From: Azolla caroliniana
Lineage: Eukaryota > Plantae > Polypodiophyta
NCBI GenBank assembly: GCA_043228905.1
Contig: JBHGNT010000002.1
Coordinates: forward strand, 4,154,001-4,218,000
Reading direction: 5' to 3'
Length of the DNA: 64,000 bases
Below the pieces are notes generated by a model. That model did not search any database and was not told the DNA's origin. It saw only the letters and a program-made list of their open reading frames with translations. This document shows positions 41,049 through 52,829 of the stretch, piece by piece. How positions within the stretch are numbered: position 1 is the first letter of the stretch; each line of letters opens with the position of its first letter. Both the position numbers and the translations under genes were made by a program.

Positions 41049-41084
41049 AACACGTTCGCGTTCACAAGTGGAAGGATTGCGCAT
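41049..41084 (+). repeat. Left TIR
   Basis: Reverse complement of 49938-49973, 35/36 identical. Confidence 0.95.
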
Positions 41085-42095
41085 TCCACTTGTAGAATCT
41101 TCTTAAAACGAAGCAAATACACCCTCTCTACAATAATTGGATGCACTAGTATCACATGTTCCTCAACTTGATAAGAATTTGCAAATATAAAAATACATGA
41201 TAGATCTACGAGTGGAGATCATTAGAAATCATGCAAGTTTAGACATGTTGATAAGTTAATGTATCTAAATAAAGTTCAACTATGGCTCAATATGGCACTA
41301 TTGTGCGACAAGGGAAACACTAACTTAAAGACTTATATTAATTAGGTAGGTTTTACAAAATTATGAGGTGTACTTGTATCCATACTAATAAAATGAGATA
41401 TAATTTATACTTTGACCCATACGTGCATGTATGTAATTGTCGAAAATGTAGGATAGTGCACATTAGGATAAGTGATTGGAATAACTAACTTATTAAAGTA
41501 TTCAATACTTATATTAAAAGTTGATCTAATCTATTCCTCAGTTTGTTCATATGGGATCAAACCATATGTGTATATAATTGTGCACAATGTAAGGCAGTGA
41601 ACTTTAGGATAATGTCGTGGAAATAACAAACCTATTAGGCTTTCATACCTGTATTTAAAATTGATCTACTCTATTGCTTAGGTGATTCACACAAGATCAA
41701 ACTCCGAACGATAACGCAACTGGAACCATTATCAACACACTACACAATCTAAGCAGCAATGGAATAGAAACATAATAGTTTTAACAATATAAGGCAAAGA
41801 TCCATAATAACAACATGGACAGTCATGGCAATAATTATAGGGCCATGTTCTGTTAAGGTTAGCTTGGACCAAAATCAGCCTCCATTTAAGCTAGTTCATG
41901 TTTCTCCATAAGTTTGGTAGTCAGCTATGCACGCGGTGAAACCAATATCATAAATCTACTAATGAGGTATATAAAAATAAAATTGAAACATATAGATGAT
42001 TATAAAGAATAGAATCCACTAGGTAAAACCCAAAATTTGTATTAATAATGTGAAATCTTAACAAATCGTCAGTGTCATATTCTTTATAGAGTCTA

Positions 42096-45000
42096 TTACA
42101 TAGCAATCAATTCATCTACGTCATTTTCTTCATCATCTTGTGTAGAACTGTCTTCGGCTATACGTGCATTGGTTTCCCCTGTTAGCCGGGCCAACGAAAT
42201 ATCTTCTATAAGCTCATCATCAAGCTCTATTAGCTCTCCCGGTTCGCCGGCTAACGGAGGAATAGGCTCTCGCGAAGCGGGTTGAAACCTTTCTGTATTG
42301 GCGAGGTTCTTTGCACCGACCTCCTCATCCTGGTCTGGGCACTCCCACAAAGCCTTAATCCGCATATTAATAAATATAACTTGGTCCTCGTCCTTCTCCA
42401 ATGCAACTGTATTCCTAAACAGCTTCAATGCACATGCTGACGTAGTTCCTATGATGTAAGTAACAAGAAGATTTAGTTGTCAAACGAAAAAAGTGATTGG
42501 TTATCTCAAGATCGTTACCCTAGTTCGAGGAATACCTGTGCCAGAAAAGAGATCTAATATCTAGTCTCCTTCGACAGAAAACATCTCGATCAAGCGCATC
42601 ATAAGTCGTTGAGGTTTTTGGTATGGGTTGACAAGTCCCCGTTCTATCGTGGTGACATGTCGCAATTTCCGAGTCACTGCTGGATATACCAACAGATTTG
42701 AACCTCCCACTTCATTAGAATGCTCTTTGATTCTCTGTTTTTTAATTTCATCGAAGTAGCCAACCGTTATGTATTCAATGGCATTAACGAACCGAAAAGT
42801 TGGCCCTCTATTTACATTGGTCTTGATCCTATAAAAAATAATTCATCGAGTTAAAAATAGATTCAACAACCTTAAGAATTGCAATATAATGAAAGACACC
42901 TATAAATAATCCTTACCATGCAAGGTTCTCGATGCCATGGCAACGAGATCTCAAAGCTTGAGCTACCGAGTACCCTTGGTCCATACTATGAAAGACAACT
43001 ATTCGCCACAAGGATGCGGTCGTTAGCTCAGCGAAATCCTTGACCATCTTCTCCAATTGTTTAAACCTAAACGGTTCATCGTCGTATGATGACCCAACCA
43101 TTCGAAATCCGTAAGGAATATCCGCAATCATTAGCGTATATTCCTTCTTTGGCACCTTCTGGATCAAGTCGATGACATCACCGCAAACCACATTGTAGTA
43201 AAGATCTCTCGTAATATCTTTCTTGTGGCTAAATTTTTTAAACGAGCCATCTTCCTCCATTTCGTACGCCTTGACTAAGCGACGATCCTTTTCTTTTCTG
43301 GCTCACTCGAGATGTGCAAGGAAGGATGTAGGGAAATCGTGTATATCCTTAACTTCTCCTTGTTTCTTGCCTCGACACGGTTTCTAATAGAAGCAATAGG
43401 ACATCAGGTATTATTATACAACCTCTACATATGATGAAAGGGTAATGAAAAAATATCAATACTAACCCAATCCTTGAATGCAATAAAATACTCTGATAAC
43501 GCCTTATACGAAGACGTTAGAGGATAATCCTCGGTCACTTGTTCCCAAGTTATACATCCAAGTTGTTTCATCATTACTTCTTGGATCTTCATGTACACCT
43601 TATGACTGTAAAATTAGAAATCAAGATTAGAACTTTGAATTACACCAGATAGACTACAATTTCAGTATTTGAAAGACTTACTTATTGAACTCGGTGACCA
43701 TTTCTTCAAGGCTTAAATCTTTCGCCACAACCCTTGACAAAACGGACACAAGAAGCTGCTCGTCCTTAATACCTTGCATCGCTCTCCATAGAGACAGCTT
43801 CATGTCGTCTGCCGCTTCTTCAATTGTCAAGTCAATTTTCTTGGCGGCTTGTGACTTTAATTCTAGTTGAGGGTCAACCCTACATTTCTTTTGTCGTTGA
43901 CCCTTTACCTCCTTATTCTCCCACATTGAGAAGATTTGATCTTGGAGGTCCCATACTTCTCCATCTCTAAACGCCAATTGAAACCAAGATTCATACTTTC
44001 GAAGACCATCGGACCTAACATTATCATCTACCACAATGCCGACTTCATGCAGACATTGACGTCGAAGGCCTGGATGTAACTTCACACCAAACTTTTGTTT
44101 CACATCTAAATACTCGTGGTGGAAGAACCGGATACGCTCAATAGACGACATTTTCTGCCTATAATCATTATCATTATTATGGTCCCATGCCAACAGCTTA
44201 GCCTCTTCGGTTGTGAGCCCAACATATATTTTGCACTCGGCATACTTGAAGAAGAAAGTGGTTGGATGTTCTCTTACAAGTTGTCGACGTGCCTCTGCTG
44301 AATGCGATCCACCAATGACAAAATAATTATATTGATCATGCTTTCTGATATCAAAATCTTCAATGGTTTCACATTCTTCAGGATCCACCATAACAATAAA
44401 AGGCACCACTGTGGCATGAGGATTAATTTTCATTTTTTTCTTGAGATTTTGAACATGCATGCGATGAGGCTCTCTAATCTCAAGTGGTCTTCGACCTGTT
44501 TTTTCATCAATAGGGGGCCGATGGATGTGTGTTATAGGCAAATTAAATACTTGCCCTTTCCTGACCAGCTTCCGTTGCATTAACTCTCTTCTTATTTTAT
44601 TCTGCTCGGATGACAAAACACCCGAGGCCAGCTCGGCTCCTGGCGTCCCCTTATTATCCTCTTCTTCATTTTCACTTGTCGAATCCGTATCCGACATTTT
44701 CGTTGTCTTCTTCTTGGCTGGTCTTGACTGGACTTTGGATACCTTTTTAGTGGCCTTCAAGTGGGAGGGCTCTTCATCTCGTAGAGTTACATGGCCTTGT
44801 ATATAAGGCCTCAAGGTAACAATTAGGTTTTGTGAGTTATCAAGTGCTTTTTTGAACACTTCAGGCCCACAAGATTCCTTTACTAAAAGATCTTCTGAAA
44901 GGAACACTTTGCGTACCCCCTTGGAGCAGTCTATCATTACCAGTATGTTGGCCGAATCTGCATCTTCGTAGTCAAATCGTAGAATTCGACCATACATAAA

Positions 45001-46038
45001 TGGAGTTTCTTTTCCTAGCTGCCCCTCACCCTTCTTCTTTGCTGTATACAATACGACTTTTTTCTTTGAGTCGACATATTGCATACACCATTCCTTGTCC
45101 GTTAGATCTCGGTCAGGAAGGTCTTCGCCTCCAGTAGCGGCGACAATTTTCTTTTGGCTTACATCACTATGGGGCTGAGATTTTGTCTCTTCGTTAAAGA
45201 GAAGCTTTTTTCCTCTCTTCATGGTCTCCGGAGTTACCTTGGTCTGGGCTTCGATTGGAGAACCTTGTATGCGAAGCTTAATTTTCTTCACGGGTCGGTC
45301 TGACAAATTCTCAAACGACCTATTTAAGAAAGTATATGCAAAAACATAAGTTAGACAGTTACGTAGATTGAAGTTGTTATTATAATGAAGAACAATTTCT
45401 AGGAGCAGTAACATATTCAAAAATCTATTCTAGGCAGGGCTATTCAACCTAGAAAATATATATCGTAATAACTAAAACGGGTTATATATTCTTTTAAATA
45501 GTAGGTATGACTTATATAGATTCTAAACCTATATTGATGAGAATTTGCCATAGTGAATGCAATTTGTAGATCATTTTCTACTATTTTAAGCTAAAGTAGG
45601 TCAAAAAACACCTATAATTAGAGCATGTATTTGTTTAGAAGTAAGTAAACTCAACATAAAAAGACTGATTTTGACAGACAATTTGATAACATTTCCACCC
45701 CGTAAACGATTTTTCTCTCTCAAAGGCTACACTTTAAACACGAACTCGATACGGCGTATCGAGTTCGTGTTTAAAGTATAGGTTTTAAACACGAACTCGA
45801 TACGCCGTATCGAGTTCATGTTTAAAACCTATACTTTAAACACGAACTCGATACGGCGTATCGAGTTCATGTATACAATACAAATATGCCGTATCGAGTT
45901 CGTGTATAAATATTTGTATTGTATACATGAACTCGATACGCCGTATCGAGTTCTTGGGAAACGAAACATATTTACAAAAATGTCCACAGTGTCAGAGGCC
46001 TACCTGCACTCCTCGCGCTCGACTCTCTTGGAAGACAT
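42096..46038 (-). pseudogene. ParB-like domain fused to a beta-class N6-adenine/N4-cytosine DNA methyltransferase, 6 exons, ~974 aa, two premature stops
   Basis: Exons 46038-46004, 45319-43682, 43605-43467, 43383-42917, 42828-42536 and 42448-42096. All are GT-AG, phases match, total 2925 nt. Motifs in beta order: GDVIDLIQKVPKKEYTLMIADIPYG (DPPY-like motif IV, 43111-43122), W.K, EYITVG, PYQKPQRLMMRLIEMFS..GD.ILDLFSGTGTTSACALKLFRNTVALEKD (motif I, SAM binding). The upstream YFVIGGSHSAEARRQL segment is ParB-N-like. Stops: TGA 43303-43305 (paralog has R) and TAG 42561-42563 (paralog has W). Confidence 0.88.
45731..45953. repeat. Nested palindrome array, core GAACTCGATACG(G/C)CGTATCGAGTTC, 4 full copies plus a half copy, in intron 1 of the MTase gene
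   Basis: Units centred near 45754, 45805, 45856 and 45941, with a half unit at ~45888-45903. The spacers are also mutually inverted. Confidence 0.92.
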
Positions 46039-46172
46039 GGTTGATCGTGTTGTGTGGAGGCGGAGATCGCGCTTTCGTGCTTTGTGCCTTGAGTGCTCTG
46101 TGTGCTCTGTGTGCTCTGAGTGCTCTGTACGCTCTGTACGCTCTGGTGAGTGAAATATGATGAGGTCTTCCT

Positions 46173-46179
46173 ATTTATA
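46173..46179 (-). promoter_or_regulatory. Candidate TATA box (cTATAAATag) of the ParB-MTase gene
   Basis: About 135 nt upstream of the predicted ATG at 46038, followed by a 9-nt-repeat-rich 5' UTR-like segment. Confidence 0.55.
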
Positions 46180-46852
46180 GGGATTGAACCCATGGTTAAA
46201 GTAACCATAGTCATCTTAACCAATGTTGGTAACTTTGAGGATAGTTAGTTTGTAACCATAGTCACATTAACTATAGTAACTTATGATTGTATTAATGATT
46301 ACAAAGTCAAACTAACATATTGATCAATCTTTTATACTCATAACAACCTACAATCACTTCAAAGGTTATGAAGGAGACAATGATAGAGGTTCATGAATGT
46401 ACCAATGATTGATTACTAAAAGCAAAAATTTTTATGACTCTCAATAGTTATGTATTAAAGATGTGGGCATGAATTAACCAATGATTGATAAGTCTAATAT
46501 TTAAAATGGTGAGCATTAAAGAATCAATGAGTGAGACGTTCTATATCAAAATGGGTGTCATTAATTAGCCAATGATTTTAACATTAATCCAACATATTCA
46601 AGGCTTGTTAATGATTAGTTTTATATTTTACTTGATTTAACATCATTTAGATCTAGTTTATATAATGATTGATAATTTAAGTTAAATTACTTTATTAAAA
46701 ATAATTTTTAGATGTATTGTATTTTAATAGAATATTACATAATATAGACATTCTATTGATTTGGCTTTTGTTTAGAGAGAAGTTTATGTTTAGGGAGGAG
46801 TATATGGTTAGAGAGGAGTATAACTTAGAGAGCCCTATCTAGACCTTAAGCC

Positions 46853-49615
46853 ATGAGTGAAGATTCACCGTTCTCGATTGAAGAATATTGTTTGTCATCA
46901 GACCCATCGTTTTCTACTGAAGAGTATTGTTTATCAACAGAGTCACCATATTCGATTGAAGAATATTGTCTTTCGACCGACTCACCATATTCTATCGAAG
47001 AATATTGTTTGAGCTCATCTACAGGGAATGCAAATAATGACACATGTGAAGAGTTCTCTATTGAAGAATACGATATTAATAAAGATACCGGGAATGAAGG
47101 AAGTGCCCAGGAAACATTGAATAACATTGAATTAGACTGTAACAAGGTTACACCAACCTCTATGCAGGAAGAGAAATCTGGGAGCCCTATGCATATTAGA
47201 AGAATCCCACGAAGAATTCGTCTGGCTAGATTTAGCTTGGTGACATCAGATAAACAGATTGGATTTGATGTCAACAAAATATGTTGTGCCCGTGGTTGTA
47301 TGTCTATGATTGGAAAATCAAAGTTGCGAGAATTAAGGCGATACTATTTTTCGATGACCGGTGATGAGCAAGACACTTACCTCGGATCACATATGCAACT
47401 AGTATCTGACAAATGTACGGGGATCAAAGTATCATTCGAGTATTATATCTTCCATGCGCAACAGATATGTAGAGTTGCATTCAAAATTGTGTTATGTGTT
47501 AGTAACATGCGGCTACATAGAGTACAACAACGTCTACTTAGCGGGGATCAGATGCTCAATTGTAAAGAGGTTCCAAGTATGAAAGGTGCAATTGGAAGAC
47601 TAGCTATTGGCTGGATGAAAACTTACTTTCAGTTAAATTGTGAAGTAATGCCCACTACAAGTAGGATGCATCTTTCTGATAATTATACCCGTCGGGAAGT
47701 TTATGATGTCTATCGATCTGAAATGCTGGGCTCACGTAATAAGTCTATCACCTATAGCCAATTCACAAGATTATGGAGAGCTCGGTTTTCAAATGTTATT
47801 ATTCCTCGTAAAGTACGTATGGGTTATTGCTCCATTTGTGCAAATCTTAAAAGTTTGGCTAAAGGTGCAAAGACATCAATGGAAAAGGATACGAGTAAGA
47901 AGTTACTATAAGAGCATCGTGAGGCACAATCCTTAGAACGAAGGAAGGCGATGCATCATAGAGAGAAGTGTTTGAAGAGGCCTGAACAATACATGTGCTT
48001 AATGATAGATGGCATGGACCAGAAGAAGACATGCTTGCCGCATATGCGGAGGCTCCCCAAAGATGTCAATGATGAGTGCCTTGTTCAAATGCACTTGGTG
48101 GGATGCTTGGCTTATAATAGGTCTGTTCGACCTCACGTCTTCATTACTTACCCCAATGTTCACAATGACCCTAACCTAACAGTTACAGTGATTCACCGAG
48201 TTTTGATGTCTTGGGGACAACCTTTCCCCCCTGTTCTATACATTCAATTGGACAATACTGCTAGAGAGAACAAAAATTCAACTGTATTTGGCTATCTAAG
48301 TATGTTGGTCAACCTAGAATTGTTTAGGAAAGTGAAAGTCAATTTCCTTTTGGTTGGCCACACACATGACCATATAGATCAGATGTTTAGCACATTCTCC
48401 AGACAGTTGTCTCGGCATGATGCTTTCACTTTACCTAAACTATTTGATGTCATTTGTGATGCATATACACCACGCCCAAAAGTGTTACACTTGAAGGAGG
48501 TATATGACTTTAAGAGATATATATTAGATGGGGGTGGTGGGAATGTTAAAGTGCTTGCTCAGTTAAACAATATAAGTTTCAATCACATTTTTTTGATAAA
48601 GAAAAATGGAATAAGTGGTTCTACACTTTTGTATGCTAAACAATATTCATCTTCTACAACATGGGAACCTGAAGGTGGTTGCCAGTTATTACTTTGTATG
48701 CCGAGTACAATTGTCCATGGAGCTAAGCAAATGCCAATTGAGAAGAAAGGACAGTTGCAGAGCGACTTGGTATTAGAACAAAAACGGTCATGGCTCCAAG
48801 CCTTAGAAGAAAAAAGAAAACATATTGAGGCCGCCAAGAAATATGCCGCACAACAAGACACGTCATGGTGGGATGTATTTTATAGTGATCAGAAAGAAAT
48901 TATAGACAATTGTGTATCTGTTGATAATTGGAATTTGGAAACGCCATTCACATGGTCGCTGCAACATGATCGCGTAAATAGAAGTCCGGAGCGACTAGTA
49001 AATGCGATTAATGACAGCTTGGTCCATCCACAACAAAGAGACATTTATGTGGGACCAAGGATGACCAAAGCAGCCGAAGCTAGATGGCAAGGAAATTTGC
49101 AAGAGCTCACCGCGGGGATGTTGATTGCAACGCCGGCTGATGAGAACTCACATGGCCACCAATTTTGGGTTGGTAAAATTCTAGAAGTGCTAATGCATGA
49201 AATAGATAACACGATCAAGTCTATAAATGTTCATTGGTACAACACTAGAAGTGCAAATGCTTTTACAGGTAAGTATACATTGGAGATGATTGAATGTCAA
49301 ACAAGAAGGGGAGGTAGGAAGAGGAAGCGAAACATTCGTAACACCTCGACCCTTGATATCTCTGATGTGGATATCATCGTGTACGACTTCACACTTACAA
49401 AAGCCGGACGATTAAGGAAGTCAACAATAGATATAATAAAAGAAAAATTACCAGGTCTACAAGGTGGCTCGAGTCAAAGGCAAACGAGATCTGCTACATA
49501 TAATCTAGAGTCAAACCATTTGGTTTATGACGAAGATAATGCACTGATTGGTACATCCGAGGATGATGAGGAGGAATCGTCATTGTATATTAGTTATAGT
49601 AGTGATTCTCCGTAA
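46853..49615 (+). pseudogene. Sola1-like DDE transposase (~920 aa) with a single in-frame stop
   Basis: ORFs 46853-47911 and 47951-49615 are in the same frame, separated only by TAA at 47909-47911. Cys clusters (CCARGC, ICRVAF, CSIC) and catalytic-type motifs LMIDGMDQKK, LYIQLDNTARENKN, FLLVGHTHDHIDQMFS. The TIRs and 4-bp TSD fit Sola1. Confidence 0.8.
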
Positions 49616-49937
49616 AGGAGTGATCATGAATGTATATTTGGCTATTAAGTGTAACTACATTCCGCTTGTAACAAATCGAGTAATATAAAATCATGTGTTT
49701 TGAATTCTTATGATTTCCCAAAAATCGTTTCTTATAAAATAACATTGGTTGTAAAGTTTGTGATATAAATTGAGAATGTATGTTTTTGAAATTCGTCTTT
49801 TTTTAGTTACTTCTAAATCACGAAAATAGTGGATTTTTAACCTTTTTCATAGTATGTTTGAACTTGTATGATACTGGTATCAATGTGTTTTGTAAAATCA
49901 TTGAAAAACCCCTAAAATTTCCCTTCTCCTTCCATTT

Positions 49938-49973
49938 ATGCGCGATCCTTCCACTTGTGAACGCGAACGTGTT
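49938..49973 (-). repeat. Right TIR
   Basis: Reverse complement of 41049-41084. Confidence 0.95.
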
Positions 49974-52829
49974 GGTTTAGGAAACTATAATGTAAACTCT
50001 TTGATATGGGAGAAAAATTCAAGAAAAAGAAGAGGACAAGGAGGGGTGGCATGTTTGATTAAGAAGGAGATAGAGAAATATGTGTCAATCGTAAAAAATG
50101 ATGAACATAAATGCTACATATGGCTCAAAATAGAAACACCTAATGATTTGCCCACGTTTGTTGTTGGATGTTACATTCCTCATCAAGATTCTAACTTCTA
50201 TGCTTGTTTGGATAAAGATAAACCTTTTGCAAATCTAGAAGATGATATTGCTTATTGCAAATCCAAAGGGGAAGTTATGGTCTTTGGTGACATGAATGCT
50301 CAGTTTCCAACTTAATTCACAAGAATCTTTCATGCCACATATCTCAAAGATGCAAGAGGATATGCAAATGTATAGTCGATCTTCTAGTGATGAAAAAGAT
50401 CCGGATCAATTTGGGAAACTACTCCTACAAATGTGCAATAGTACCGGATTGCTTATTGCAAATGGTGTTTCCTTATGGCACAATACTAACGGCTTTACAT
50501 GTAGAAAACACAATGGAAATAGTGTGATTGACTATGTGCTTCTTTCCGAAGGTAATTTGGATCGTATACATAAATTCTCACTGGGGGAATGGACACCGGA
50601 ATCCGATCATAGGATTTATGTATTGATCTCAAATGTATGCATAGGTTTGATTGCGAGAAGGTCATTGACGATAGTAAACAAACGCACTTGAGCATGAATC
50701 GTAAGCGAGCGCCCATGTATTCCAAGATGGTTGAGGATATGTTACAAATGACAAAGACACAACATGGTGCCACACTAGAATGCAAATGTGAAGCTTTTAA
50801 GAATGTCATTCTCTCTTGTACAAACTAATGTTTTTTGACCAATGGAAATGCACCAAGAAATGTAAGAAAAAATGGTTTGATAAAGAATGTCATGAAGCTC
50901 GAAAGTGCCTTATGGTTTTGGATGTAGTTAAGGATAAAGGAAATTACCAAAAGCATTTGCATGACTATAAAAGGCTTATTCAAAGAAAGAGACGAATATG
51001 GGAAGTTACTCAACAACTTCTCCAAATGCAAGAGAAAGCACATGCATGTGCTAAAATTTGGGGAAAGCTAAAGGGGAAACGTGTTGAGAGTTATGGTGAC
51101 TTAACTCTTCATGACTTGTCTATGCATTGTAAGAATTTATATGAGTTATCTCTTGCCGGAAAGATGATGTGTTATGGTTCTCTTTCACATATGTCTCCCT
51201 TCTTTACAATTGAAGATATATGCATAGGACTTAAGAAATTGACCTCTTGAAAGACAATCGATCTTCAATGTATAAAAGCTGAAATGCTCAAATGGACGAG
51301 AAAGGAAGCACATATATGGATATGAGATATGTTTAATGATGTATTGCAACATGGTATGCCATATGATTGGACTACAAATTGGATCAAACCTTTACATAAA
51401 GGTGGAGATGTAAATAATGTAAACAACTATCAAACCATCATGGTTGGCTCATTAACGACAAAACTATTTGGATGTATAATGGAATCAAAGATAAGTGTAT
51501 GGTAGAAAAAAATGGTAAGAGAGCTTATGGACAAGGTGGTTTTCAAAAACACCATAGCACCATTGATCATCTTGTCACTCTTCGAGTATTAATGGAGCAA
51601 AGTCGCCTTAGAGGTAAAGGTTTATATTGTTGCTTTGTAGACTTCAAGAAAACTTTTGATATGGTACCTCGTGAGCATCTTTGGAGGCGGATGGAAGAAC
51701 TTGAAGTGCCAAGTGAATATATGCTTGCAATTTCCTGAATATATGAGAAGGTTATATGTTGTGTGCGTATGAGAGATAGACTTTCAGATTTTTTTAATAG
51801 CACTATTGGTGTTAAGCAAGGATGCCCACTCTCACCAACATTATTTGGTCTATGCATTGATGAATTAGAAGAAATGGTTACCAAGTTTGTAAAGGAAGAA
51901 CGTGTTGAAGAAGTTGCCATTGGGAATGTTGTGATTATGCTTTTGTTATATGCGGATGATGTAGTGCTTTTTACAAATACTTCATGAGATGCACAAAAGC
52001 TTATGAAGGCATTGGAAATTTTTTGCATGCATACTAGATTAAGTGTCAATAGCTCTAAAACAAAGATTATGCTTGTGAAGAGTAAAAATAGAGATAAACC
52101 ATGCATTATGTACAACAATGAGCCACTTGAATGTGTGGAAAGCTTCAAATATCTTGGCCTTAAAGTTCCTTCAAATCATAAATGGAATGAATGTGCTACA
52201 CGCCGCTTAGAGGTAGGTAAGCGAGCATATTATGCATTTGAGAACACATGCAATCTTGGAGATATTAAGTGTTGGGTCCTCAAGAAATATCTTTTGGACA
52301 CTTTGGTGACCCCGGTTCTTCTCTATGGGTTGGAAGTATGGGGCGGTAGCATCCCTAAATCTATGTGGAAAGAGTTTGAAAATGTCCAATAATATTTTCT
52401 TAAAAAGTTTCTACAAGTTAAGAAACAAATTCCTTACACCCTCCTCCTCCTCGAGACGGGATCGCTTCCCATTGAGATCATGGCCATGGAAAGGGTTGTT
52501 GAATACATGCTTAAGGTTCAAAAAAGCCCCTCACATCGACTTCCTAGAATTGCATGGGAAGCAAGCAAAAAGATCCAAAAGACGCATAAAAGCAAATTTT
52601 TTTGTTCCGGTTGGATACAAGATTTAGAAAAATGGTTTGGTAGATGGGATGCAAGACACTTGCTTCATGATGCGTCACTAGATTCCTCTGTAAATGAGGC
52701 CTTTTTGCAACGCCAATGTATCATGACATGGAACAAATGTGGTGGCTCACGCTTCACACATTATACTACAAATGTTGCACCTAACTACAAAACCATATTC
52801 TTCACGGAACGAGGAAGCTGTACACATCG

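Larger units (their letters stand above)
41049..49973. mobile_element. 8.9-kb TIR DNA transposon (Sola1-like) carrying a transposase and a ParB-like/amino-DNA-methyltransferase gene
   Basis: 36-bp TIRs AACACGTTCGCGTTCACAAGTGGAAGGAT(T/C)GCGCAT at 41049-41084 and 49938-49973 (1 mismatch). 4-bp TSD GGTT at 41045-41048 and 49974-49977. Excision restores LINE ORF2 in frame (TQRIQG-LGNYN). Confidence 0.95.

Noticed and set aside
45320-45420. N-terminus of the listed 580-aa ORF (MNMLLLLEIV...)
   Set aside because: Intronic read-through: an AG acceptor at 45321-45320 joins in phase to exon 1 at 46038-46004.
45731-45953. Palindromic repeats as a CRISPR array
   Set aside because: The spacers are not unique (they are inverted copies of each other), there are no cas genes, and the array is in a spliceosomal intron.
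42096-46038. Bacterial contamination as the source of the MTase
   Set aside because: It has spliceosomal introns, lies within TIRs and a TSD inside a LINE, and has an intron-sharing paralog.
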